Position numbers and translations under genes: made by a program. This document shows, piece after piece, positions 10,095 to 17,718 of a stretch of DNA of 32,000 bases. Location: NCBI RefSeq assembly GCF_000039765.1, contig NC_004459.3, positions 1,620,001 through 1,652,000 of the forward strand, given 5' to 3'. The first letter of the stretch is position 1. Every line of letters starts with the position of its first letter. The notes under the pieces were generated by a model. That model ran no database searches. It had not been told where the DNA came from and was given only the letters and a program-made list of their open reading frames with translations. This DNA comes from Vibrio vulnificus CMCP6. GTDB taxonomy: Bacteria; Pseudomonadota; Gammaproteobacteria; Enterobacterales; Vibrionaceae.

Positions 10095-10463
10095 ATGGAT
10101 TACGAATTTAAGAAAAACATCCTAGATGGTCACTATTACTGCCATTGCTCAATGGACCATGAAATTGTTGGCCGTTGGGTTCAAGAAGAAATCGGCAAAG
10201 AGAGCACTAAAATCGCCCAAGTGCTGGCTTTAATTGTCGCCGCAAGAAGTAACCCGACAGAAGAGCTTTGCTTAAATGGCACCGAAATCAGCTTGATGAT
10301 TTGTGGCGACGAAGTCACCGTGCAAGACAATGCACTGCTGCACAGTTACGAGCTTGAGGCAGAGAGCGAGTTCGAACTGTACGACTGTGAGAGTGTCGCA
10401 TGTTGTGGTTTAGAAGACTTTGAACAGCTAATTCAGCAGTGGCAGTTGTTCGTTCGTCGTTGA
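10095..10463 (+). CDS. yacL: UPF0231 family protein YacL
   Basis: 122-aa acidic protein starting MDYEF... with an ...CGLEDF...Q.W..F C-terminal region, like E. coli YacL (120 aa) as I recall it. Confidence 0.85.
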   Translation: MDYEFKKNILDGHYYCHCSMDHEIVGRWVQEEIGKESTKIAQVLALIVAARSNPTEELCLNGTEISLMICGDEVTVQDNALLHSYELEAESEFELYDCESVACCGLEDFEQLIQQWQLFVRR

Positions 10464-10510
10464 CGGATAGCTTGTTGCACATTTATTGAACACTTGCTTT
10501 ATATTTGTGA

Positions 10511-10549
10511 ATGGAGCGCACCATTATGGTGCGCTCCATTTTTATTTTT
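10511..10549 (+). terminator. Rho-independent terminator of yacL (13-bp perfect stem, 3-nt loop, T-rich tail)
   Basis: ATGGAGCGCACCA (10511-10523) / tta / TGGTGCGCTCCAT (10527-10539), followed by TTTTATTTTT. Confidence 0.75.
10517..10533. promoter_or_regulatory. NtrC-type enhancer site (upstream activator sequence) for glnK-amtB
   Basis: cGCACCAttaTGGTGCg matches the NtrC dyad consensus TGCACCA-N3-TGGTGCA at 12 of 14 specified positions. It is centred ~72 bp upstream of the -24 GG of the sigma54-like promoter. Confidence 0.55.
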
Positions 10550-10585
10550 GTAACTTTTAAAATTAATTTCATTTAAAAACAATAG

Positions 10586-10993
<408 letters not shown>

Positions 10994-11020
10994 CGATTCA
11001 AAGGATTGGAGAGATACATT

Positions 11021-12250
11021 ATGGAATTAACAACAACAGTCTCGGAACTACGCTACGCGCTCGATACCTTTTTCTTCCTTATTTCTGGGGCGCTGGTGAT
11101 GTGGATGGCAGCGGGTTTCGCCATGCTGGAAGCGGGGTTGGTTCGTTCAAAGAACACCACGGAAATCTTAACTAAAAACTTCTGCCTATACGCGATTGCG
11201 TGCACCACGTATTTAGTCGTGGGCTACAACATTATGTACGTGGATAACAGTGAAGGCGGCTGGTTGCCTTCGATTGGCGCATTAATTGGTAGCCAAGCAG
11301 AAGGAGCCGATCACTCACTTGAGTCTGATTTCTTCTTCCAAGTGGTGTTTGTGGCAACGGCTATGTCAGTGGTATCTGGTGCGGTAGCGGAGCGTATGAA
11401 GCTTTGGTCTTTCCTACTGTTCTCTGCCATTTTGACTGCCTTTATCTATCCGGTAGAAGGTTATTGGACTTGGGGTGGCGGCTTCTTGTCAGCGGCGGGT
11501 TTTAGTGACTTTGCAGGTTCAGGCATTGTGCACATGGCAGGTGCAGCGGCGGCTTTAGCAGGTGTACTGCTACTGGGGGCGCGCAAAGGTAAATATGGCA
11601 AAAATGGTGAAGTATATCCCATCCCAGGTTCAAACATGCCATTGGCAACGTTAGGTACCTTTATTCTTTGGTTTGGCTGGTTTGGTTTTAATGGTGGCTC
11701 ACAGTTAATGGTGTCTGACTTTGAAAACGCGACGGCGGTTGGGCAAATTTTCCTAAACACCAACGCCGCAGCTGCAGCGGGGGCCATTACCGCGCTATTG
11801 GTGTGTAAAACAACTTGGGGCAAAGCCGATTTAACCATGATTCTCAATGGTGCGCTTGCTGGTTTAGTTGCGATTACTGCGGACCCTCTTTCACCATCAC
11901 CTTTGTATGCGGTGGCGATTGGTGCGGTAGCGGGTGCCTTGGTTGTGTTCAGTATCGTTGGTCTCGATAAGCTAAAAATTGATGATCCAGTGGGTGCGAT
12001 CTCGGTTCACGGTGTGTGTGGCTTCTTTGGTCTCATGGTCGTACCAATCAGCAACGGTGATGCGAGTTTTCTTTCGCAACTATTTGGCGCAGCAGTGATT
12101 TTTGCTTGGGTATTTGGTGCAAGCCTTGCGGTTTGGGCAGTACTCAAAGCCACCATCGGCATCCGAGTATCGGAAGATGAAGAGATGGAAGGAATGGACA
12201 TGCACGACTGTGGTGTTGGTGCGTACCCAGAATTCGTTACGGTAAAATAA
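11021..12250 (+). CDS. amtB: Ammonium transporter AmtB
   Basis: 409 aa from the ATG at 11021, with a GGAGAG SD 7 nt upstream. Amt-family blocks are present: AGFAMLEAG.VR.KN, DFAGSG.VH..GG, FGWFGFNGGS and SVHGVCG.FG. Classic glnK-amtB pairing. Confidence 0.92.
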   Translation: MELTTTVSELRYALDTFFFLISGALVMWMAAGFAMLEAGLVRSKNTTEILTKNFCLYAIACTTYLVVGYNIMYVDNSEGGWLPSIGALIGSQAEGADHSLESDFFFQVVFVATAMSVVSGAVAERMKLWSFLLFSAILTAFIYPVEGYWTWGGGFLSAAGFSDFAGSGIVHMAGAAAALAGVLLLGARKGKYGKNGEVYPIPGSNMPLATLGTFILWFGWFGFNGGSQLMVSDFENATAVGQIFLNTNAAAAAGAITALLVCKTTWGKADLTMILNGALAGLVAITADPLSPSPLYAVAIGAVAGALVVFSIVGLDKLKIDDPVGAISVHGVCGFFGLMVVPISNGDASFLSQLFGAAVIFAWVFGASLAVWAVLKATIGIRVSEDEEMEGMDMHDCGVGAYPEFVTVK

Positions 12251-12290
12251 GTTAATTAAGACATACTTGTTTACAAATAAAAATATCAAA

Positions 12291-12318
12291 AACCTGCTCA
12301 TACCAGCAGGTTTTTTTG
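12291..12318 (+). terminator. Rho-independent terminator of glnK-amtB
   Basis: AACCTGCT-catacc-AGCAGGTT followed by TTTTT. Confidence 0.8.
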
Positions 12319-12328
12319 TTTTCCGTCA

Positions 12329-12356
12329 TTGTTTTCTAAACTATGATGAATATAAT
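12329..12356 (+). promoter_or_regulatory. Candidate sigma70 promoter of fbpA
   Basis: TTGTTT (12329-12334), a 16-bp spacer, then a perfect TATAAT (12351-12356). This is 48 nt upstream of the fbpA ATG. Confidence 0.45.
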
Positions 12357-12365
12357 AACGCTACT

Positions 12366-12384
12366 GATAAACGTTATCATTACG
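12366..12384. promoter_or_regulatory. Fur box upstream of fbpA
   Basis: GATAAACGTTATCATTACG matches 13 of 19 positions of GATAATGATAATCATTATC. A second, weaker overlapping match (11/19) lies at 12344-12362, across the -10 hexamer. Confidence 0.6.
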
Positions 12385-12403
12385 AATCTAAAGGATTGAA
12401 TCA

Positions 12404-13417
12404 ATGAAAAAGCTGCTTACTCTTTCTGCGCTTGCATGTGCGACGCTTGCTCCTACAGCAATGGCTGCTGAAGAGGTCAATGTTTACTCTTACCGTCAAC
12501 CTTTCCTTGTTGAGCCAATGTTCAATGAGTTCACAAAGGAAACCGGCATCAAAGTAAACGTGATGTTTGCAAAAACTGGTATTGCAGAAAAACTCGCGCA
12601 AGAAGGCGAATACAGCCCTGCTGACGTAATTCTAACCGTAGATATCAGCCGTCTTGCAGAGCTAACAGACAAAGGTCTTGTTCAGCCAGTCAACAGCGAA
12701 ATCATTGAAGCCAATGTTCCTGCTCAATACCAAGACAAAGAAAACGAGTGGTTTGCACTAACGACTCGTACTCGTAGCGTTTATTCTTCTCGTGATCGCG
12801 TTGGTAAGTTAGGCGATGCTTTCACTTATGAAGATCTTGCTAAGCCAGAATTCAAAGGCAAAATCTGTACTCGTAGCGGTAAGCACCCTTACAATATTTC
12901 GCTGGTCTCTGCGATGATTGCACACCACGGCGAAGCTGAAACCAAGAAATGGTTGGAAGGCGTAAAAGCAAACCTAGCTCGCAAACCTCAAGGTAACGAC
13001 CGTGGTCAAGTGAAGGCAATTAAAGAAGGCCTTTGTGATGTTTCTCTAGGTAACAGCTACTACCTAGGTGCAATGGTTAACGATAAAGAGCAGAAAGTGT
13101 GGGCGGATGCGGTTTACATTAACTTCCCTAACCAGCAAACCACGGGTACGCACGTGAATATTTCTGGTATGGCGATGGCGAAATACGCACCAAATAAAGC
13201 CAATGCGCAGAAGCTAATGGAATTCCTAACAGGCGACAAAGCACAGCACATGTATGCGGAAGTGAACTACGAATACCCAGTGAAAGCGGGTGTGGAGCGT
13301 TCTGAACTTGTGGCTTCTTGGGGCGATTTCAAAGCAGACACCATTTCTCTAGATGACATCGCATCACATCACGCAGCAGCAATCAAACTGATTGATGAAG
13401 TGAAATTTGACCTTTAA
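12404..13417 (+). CDS. fbpA: Ferric iron ABC transporter, periplasmic binding protein FbpA
   Basis: 337 aa with a signal peptide (MKKLLTLSALACATLAPTAMA/AEE). N-terminal VNVYSYRQP motif and size are typical of FbpA/SfuA-type Fe3+-binding proteins. It is followed by a double-domain permease and an ATPase. Confidence 0.88.
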   Translation: MKKLLTLSALACATLAPTAMAAEEVNVYSYRQPFLVEPMFNEFTKETGIKVNVMFAKTGIAEKLAQEGEYSPADVILTVDISRLAELTDKGLVQPVNSEIIEANVPAQYQDKENEWFALTTRTRSVYSSRDRVGKLGDAFTYEDLAKPEFKGKICTRSGKHPYNISLVSAMIAHHGEAETKKWLEGVKANLARKPQGNDRGQVKAIKEGLCDVSLGNSYYLGAMVNDKEQKVWADAVYINFPNQQTTGTHVNISGMAMAKYAPNKANAQKLMEFLTGDKAQHMYAEVNYEYPVKAGVERSELVASWGDFKADTISLDDIASHHAAAIKLIDEVKFDL

Positions 13418-13425
13418 ATGAAACT

Positions 13426-13452
13426 AGGGGTATAACTATACCCCTATTTATT
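13426..13452 (+). terminator. Intercistronic hairpin / partial terminator between fbpA and fbpB
   Basis: AGGGGTATA-ac-TATACCCCT (arms 9 nt; the innermost pairs must open to form a loop), followed by ATTTATT. It sits 8 nt after the fbpA stop. Confidence 0.4.
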
Positions 13453-13516
13453 AAAGTGATATGAGATGTATTTGCAAACGCATCTGTGTTTCATACGCCC
13501 GTGCAGTTATTAGGCG

Positions 13517-15142
13517 ATGAAAGAAAAAAAATACACATGGAAAACCAGTAGTGGGGCATTGGCTTTACTGCTGGTTTTGCCGATTTTGGCGATCTTCTAT
13601 ACCGCTGTCGGATACAGTGATGAGCTGTTTGCTCATTTGATGTCGACGGTGATGCCATCTTACATATTGAATACCATTCTTTTGACGACGGGCGTGTTAG
13701 TTGTCTCTCTCATTTTGGGTATTCCTAGTGCGTGGTTCATGGCCATGTGCAAACTTCCCACTGAAAAATGGTTGCAATGGGCCTTAGTACTGCCATTGGC
13801 TATGCCGGGGTACATCATAGGTTATATTTTTACCGATTGGTTTGATTTTGCTGGTCCTGTACAGATTTTACTGCGAGATCTCACTGGGTGGGGCCCAGGA
13901 GACTATTGGTTTCCTGATATTCGAACGGTAGCAGGGGCTACCTTCGTGCTGTCGCTCGTGCTCTATCCATATGTTTATTTACTCTGCCGCGCTGCTTTTA
14001 TGGAGCAAAACGTCTCTTTACTGCAAAGTGCGCGACTCTTGAAGTGCAGTGCATGGGAGAGCTTTTGGCGTATTTCTATGCCACTTGCTCGTCCTTCGAT
14101 TGCGGTGGGTTTGTCGCTGGTGGCGATGGAGACCATTGGTGACTTCGGCACTGTGAGCTATTTTGCCGTCAACACGCTCACCACTGCGGTGTATGACACT
14201 TGGCTTGGTTACTCCAACTTAAACGCGGCGGCAAAAATTTCAGCCTTAATGCTACTGATTGTCATCTTATTACTCAGTGCGGAGCGTTATAGCCGACGTA
14301 AGCAAAAGCTCTTCCAAGCGCAGTTCAATAGCCACGAAGATTTCCGCTATGAACTCAAAGGCTGGAAAATGTGGGCAGCACTGATTTGGTGTTGGGGTTT
14401 GGTCGCCATTGCCTTTATTTTCCCGTTGTTGCAGTTGGTGGACTACTCGATTACCTATTTTGAACAAAGTTGGACCAATGAATTTCGTCGCTTTGCCATG
14501 AATAGCCTTAAAGTCTCGATTGCAGCGGCCATCGTTGCGGTGATTGTCGCATTGATCGTCAATTTCAATCATCGTTTACACAATCAGAAAACCAGCTTGG
14601 CGTGCATTCGTTTATCGTCATTGGGGTATGCGGTGCCAGGCACCGTATTGGCGATTGGCATCATGGTGCCAGTATTGTCTATGGATCACTTGGTCAATGA
14701 TGTTGCGAAATACATGGGATGGGGCAGACCAGGTCTGATTTTCTCAGGTACCATTTTTGCGATCATTTTTGCTATGGTCGTGCGTTTTTCTGCGGTGGCG
14801 ATTGGCAGCATTGAAAGCAGCTTGAACAAAATCTCCCCTTCGCTTGATATGGCATCACGTACTATGGGCTGCCATGCCAATGCCATGTTGTGGCGTGTGC
14901 ACTTCCCGCTGATCAAACGCGGCATGCTGATTGCTGGATTGTTGGTGTTTATTGAGTCGATGAAAGAGTTGAACGCTGCGCTGCTACTGCGCCCATTCAA
15001 CTTTGAAACCTTGGCCACCTATGTATACAACTACGCCTCCGACGAGCGTTTGGAACTGGCTGCATTGCCGGCGGTGTTGTTGGTGTTGGTTGGATTGATC
15101 CCCCTTGTTATCGTTAACCGTTCACTGGAGCAGAGTCACTAA
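13517..15142 (+). CDS. fbpB: Ferric iron ABC transporter permease FbpB (duplicated two-domain permease)
   Basis: 541-aa polytopic membrane protein. Two BPD-transport-type halves are visible, each with a LL(K/R)-type EAA-loop region (SARLLKCSAWESFWRISMPLARP and ASRTMGCHANAMLWRVHFPLIKRG). Confidence 0.85.
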   Translation: MKEKKYTWKTSSGALALLLVLPILAIFYTAVGYSDELFAHLMSTVMPSYILNTILLTTGVLVVSLILGIPSAWFMAMCKLPTEKWLQWALVLPLAMPGYIIGYIFTDWFDFAGPVQILLRDLTGWGPGDYWFPDIRTVAGATFVLSLVLYPYVYLLCRAAFMEQNVSLLQSARLLKCSAWESFWRISMPLARPSIAVGLSLVAMETIGDFGTVSYFAVNTLTTAVYDTWLGYSNLNAAAKISALMLLIVILLLSAERYSRRKQKLFQAQFNSHEDFRYELKGWKMWAALIWCWGLVAIAFIFPLLQLVDYSITYFEQSWTNEFRRFAMNSLKVSIAAAIVAVIVALIVNFNHRLHNQKTSLACIRLSSLGYAVPGTVLAIGIMVPVLSMDHLVNDVAKYMGWGRPGLIFSGTIFAIIFAMVVRFSAVAIGSIESSLNKISPSLDMASRTMGCHANAMLWRVHFPLIKRGMLIAGLLVFIESMKELNAALLLRPFNFETLATYVYNYASDERLELAALPAVLLVLVGLIPLVIVNRSLEQSH

Positions 15143-16170
15143 TGAGTTGCGCACTATCGATTAAAAACCTGACTTGTCAATACGATGCTCAAACGGTGCT
15201 TGAGTCACTCTCTCTGGAAGTGGAACAAGGGCAGATTGTTTGTTTACTTGGGGCCAGTGGTTGCGGAAAAACCACTTTATTGAAAGCCATCGCAGGGCTG
15301 CTGCCTCTCTCTTCGGGAGAGATGAGTTTAAACTGCATGATGATCGATAATGGTGAGCATTGGGTGCCACCTGAGCAGCGTAATATCGGCATGATTTTCC
15401 AAGATTATGCGCTGTTTCCTCACCTGACTGTGGCAGAGAATGTGGCGTTTGGTTTGCGCGGTTGGAGCAGTGAAGCTCGCCAAAGCAAAGTCAAAGAAAT
15501 GCTAGAGTTGGTGCATTTGTCTCCTTTTGCCGATCGTTACCCGCATCAGCTCTCGGGTGGCCAACAGCAACGAGTGGCGATTGCGCGTTCGTTGGCGTAC
15601 AAGCCAGATTTGCTTCTGCTCGATGAACCGTTCTCGAACATCGACACACAAGTACGCCATGAACTGATTGCTGAGATTCGTAAAATCTTTAAGCAGCAAG
15701 GCGTAACAGCAATTTTCGTTACGCACAGCCGTGAAGAAGCGTTCGCTTTTGCCGATAAAATGGCGGTAATGAATCACGGTGTGATTGAACAATATGGCAC
15801 GGCGTCTGAGTTATATTACAAACCGTCGAGCAAGTTTGTCGCGGATTTCCTTGGCGGCGGCAGTTACCTCCCAGCGAAGCGTTTATCGGAATCCGAGTTT
15901 GAAACCCATTTGGGTGTCGTTGAAGCTACTGCGCAGCAATCGATTTTGATTAATGATCCGTGTGAGTTGTTGTTGCGTCCTCAGCATATTCAAATCAGTG
16001 CCTCAGAGGAAAGCAGTATCCGTATTATGGAGCAGCAATTTATGGGTGATCACTGCCGCTATGTGATCGAAGCCAATGGCAATAAATTGTTAGCCAGTTC
16101 GGCGGAAGCGCTCAATATCGGACAAATGGTCTCGGTGAAAGTTGATACCCAAGGCATCTTGGCGTTTTAA
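15142..16170 (+). CDS. fbpC: Ferric iron ABC transporter ATP-binding protein FbpC
   Basis: Walker A GASGCGKTT, signature LSGGQQQRVAIAR, Walker B LLLLDEPFS. The start overlaps the fbpB stop (TAATG at 15140-15144). Confidence 0.88.
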   Translation: MSCALSIKNLTCQYDAQTVLESLSLEVEQGQIVCLLGASGCGKTTLLKAIAGLLPLSSGEMSLNCMMIDNGEHWVPPEQRNIGMIFQDYALFPHLTVAENVAFGLRGWSSEARQSKVKEMLELVHLSPFADRYPHQLSGGQQQRVAIARSLAYKPDLLLLDEPFSNIDTQVRHELIAEIRKIFKQQGVTAIFVTHSREEAFAFADKMAVMNHGVIEQYGTASELYYKPSSKFVADFLGGGSYLPAKRLSESEFETHLGVVEATAQQSILINDPCELLLRPQHIQISASEESSIRIMEQQFMGDHCRYVIEANGNKLLASSAEALNIGQMVSVKVDTQGILAF

Positions 16171-16173
16171 ACG

Positions 16174-16198
16174 AAAAAAGCCCGACCTAGGGTCGGGC
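16174..16198 (-). terminator. Rho-independent terminator ending the chb operon
   Basis: On the minus strand, GCCCGACC-cta-GGTCGGGC is followed by TTTTTT. This is 37 nt downstream of the mutase stop codon. On the plus strand no T-run follows the hairpin. Confidence 0.75.
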
Positions 16199-16234
16199 AA
16201 ATGGTACGTCATGTGAACAACCGTGAGGTTGCGT

Positions 16235-17647
16235 TTAAAGAGCCAGAAACTCTTTAAACTGATGAACGACCAGTTCGGCAGTCTCTTTATCCTGCATCTC
16301 AGCAAAAATTCGCAGCAAAGGTTCAGTACCGGAGAAGCGAGCTATCACCCAGCCTCCGTTTTTGAAGTACACTTTCGCTCCATCGTCATAACTGACTTTT
16401 TCGATCTCAAAGCCAAATTCAGGCAATTGTTTTTCGATATAAATCTTGTCATACAGCGATTGTTTTGCCGCTGGTTTGAACTTGCAGTCGCCCTCAGCCA
16501 TGTAGGCATAGCCGTACTTGCTGTAGATCTCTTCTAATAGCTCAGAAAGCTTTTTGCCCGTCACGGAAATCATTTCAACTAATAGGCTCGATGCAAACAC
16601 GCCATCTTTGCCTTTGATATGACCACGAATGGTTAAGCCGCCCGAACTCTCACCACCGATCAAAGAGTCGTCCGCTTCCATCTGTGAACTGATGTGTTTA
16701 AAGCCTACAGGCACTTCAAAACACTTCTCACCATGATCGGCAGCGATTTTATCCAACAGGTGCGTGGTGGCGATGTTGCGAACCACAGAACCTGTCCAGC
16801 CTTTGTATTTGAGTAGGTAGTAATACAATAGGATCAACACTTCGTTCGGATGAATGAAGTTGCCTTTTTCATCGATAATGCCCAAACGGTCTGCATCGCC
16901 ATCGGTACCAATGCCGATGTCGTAGCCTTGTGCCGCCACAAGGTGCTTCAGACGATAAAGGGTCGCTGCGCTTGGGGATGGCATTAAGCCGCCAAAGTCA
17001 GGGTTCTTGCCATCGTTGATCACGTCGACATCACAGCGCCCATTGATCAATACCGTTTGCAGCGCGTTTTTCGCCACGCCAAACATAGGATCGATCAGCA
17101 CGCGTAGATTGGCTTTTTTGATCGCTTCAATGTCGATGAAATTGATGATGGAATCGACAAACTCGTTCATCGGGTTGATGATGACAATTTGTTTGTCTTC
17201 TACCGCTTGTTCGAAATCGACACTTTGCACTTGATCCAAGGTCAGATGAGCAATTTGCGCTTCGATTTTCTGCGTGATCACTTCGTCCGCATCACGGCCA
17301 CCTTCAATGAACACTTTCACGCCATTGTAGTCGGCAGGGTTGTGAGAAGCGGTAATACAGGCAGAGTAAGCACAGCCCATTTCTTTGGCCTTGAACATCA
17401 CAATTGGCGTTGGGACAAATTTATTGATGAAGCTCACCACAATACCATTAGCGGCAAGGACTTCGGCAAACCAAGCGCCGGCTTTATCCGATAGAAAACG
17501 ACGGTCATAGCCAATCACAAAACCGCGCTCAGCGACCTGTTCGTTATTGATGATGTTAGCTACGGCTTGTGCGACCAAGCGAACGTTATCTTTGGTGAAC
17601 TCTTCGCCAATAAAAGCGCGCCAGCCACCGGTTCCAAATTTGATCAT
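16235..17647 (-). CDS. alpha-D-phosphohexomutase family enzyme (predicted GlcNAc-1-P/GlcNAc-6-P mutase of the chb operon)
   Basis: I chose the ATG at 17647 (MIKFGTGGWRA...), preceded by AGGGAG with an 8-nt spacer. It has a catalytic loop TASHNP, a metal loop GTDGDADR, a sugar loop GGESSGG and a phosphate loop RFSGTEP. Substrate is inferred from being last gene after a chitobiose phosphorylase. Confidence 0.85.
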   Translation of the reverse strand: MIKFGTGGWRAFIGEEFTKDNVRLVAQAVANIINNEQVAERGFVIGYDRRFLSDKAGAWFAEVLAANGIVVSFINKFVPTPIVMFKAKEMGCAYSACITASHNPADYNGVKVFIEGGRDADEVITQKIEAQIAHLTLDQVQSVDFEQAVEDKQIVIINPMNEFVDSIINFIDIEAIKKANLRVLIDPMFGVAKNALQTVLINGRCDVDVINDGKNPDFGGLMPSPSAATLYRLKHLVAAQGYDIGIGTDGDADRLGIIDEKGNFIHPNEVLILLYYYLLKYKGWTGSVVRNIATTHLLDKIAADHGEKCFEVPVGFKHISSQMEADDSLIGGESSGGLTIRGHIKGKDGVFASSLLVEMISVTGKKLSELLEEIYSKYGYAYMAEGDCKFKPAAKQSLYDKIYIEKQLPEFGFEIEKVSYDDGAKVYFKNGGWVIARFSGTEPLLRIFAEMQDKETAELVVHQFKEFLAL

Positions 17648-17663
17648 AATTCGATCTCCCTTA

Positions 17664-17687
17664 GGAAATGGCCCGTAGGCCATTTCC
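17664..17687 (-). other. Perfect 10-bp intercistronic hairpin abutting the mutase Shine-Dalgarno
   Basis: GGAAATGGCC-cgta-GGCCATTTCC. No U-tract follows on the coding (minus) strand. Confidence 0.5.
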
Positions 17688-17718
17688 CAAACTATTTGCT
17701 AGCGATAACGTGATGGGA

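Noticed and set aside
10024-10096. Longer ORF-track starts for cdaR (10096), glnK (10595), amtB (11006), the mutase (17683) and the GH9 gene (24826)
   Set aside because: In each case an internal ATG is preceded by a good SD and matches the conserved family N-terminus. The extensions add non-homologous residues or overlap neighbouring genes or hairpins.
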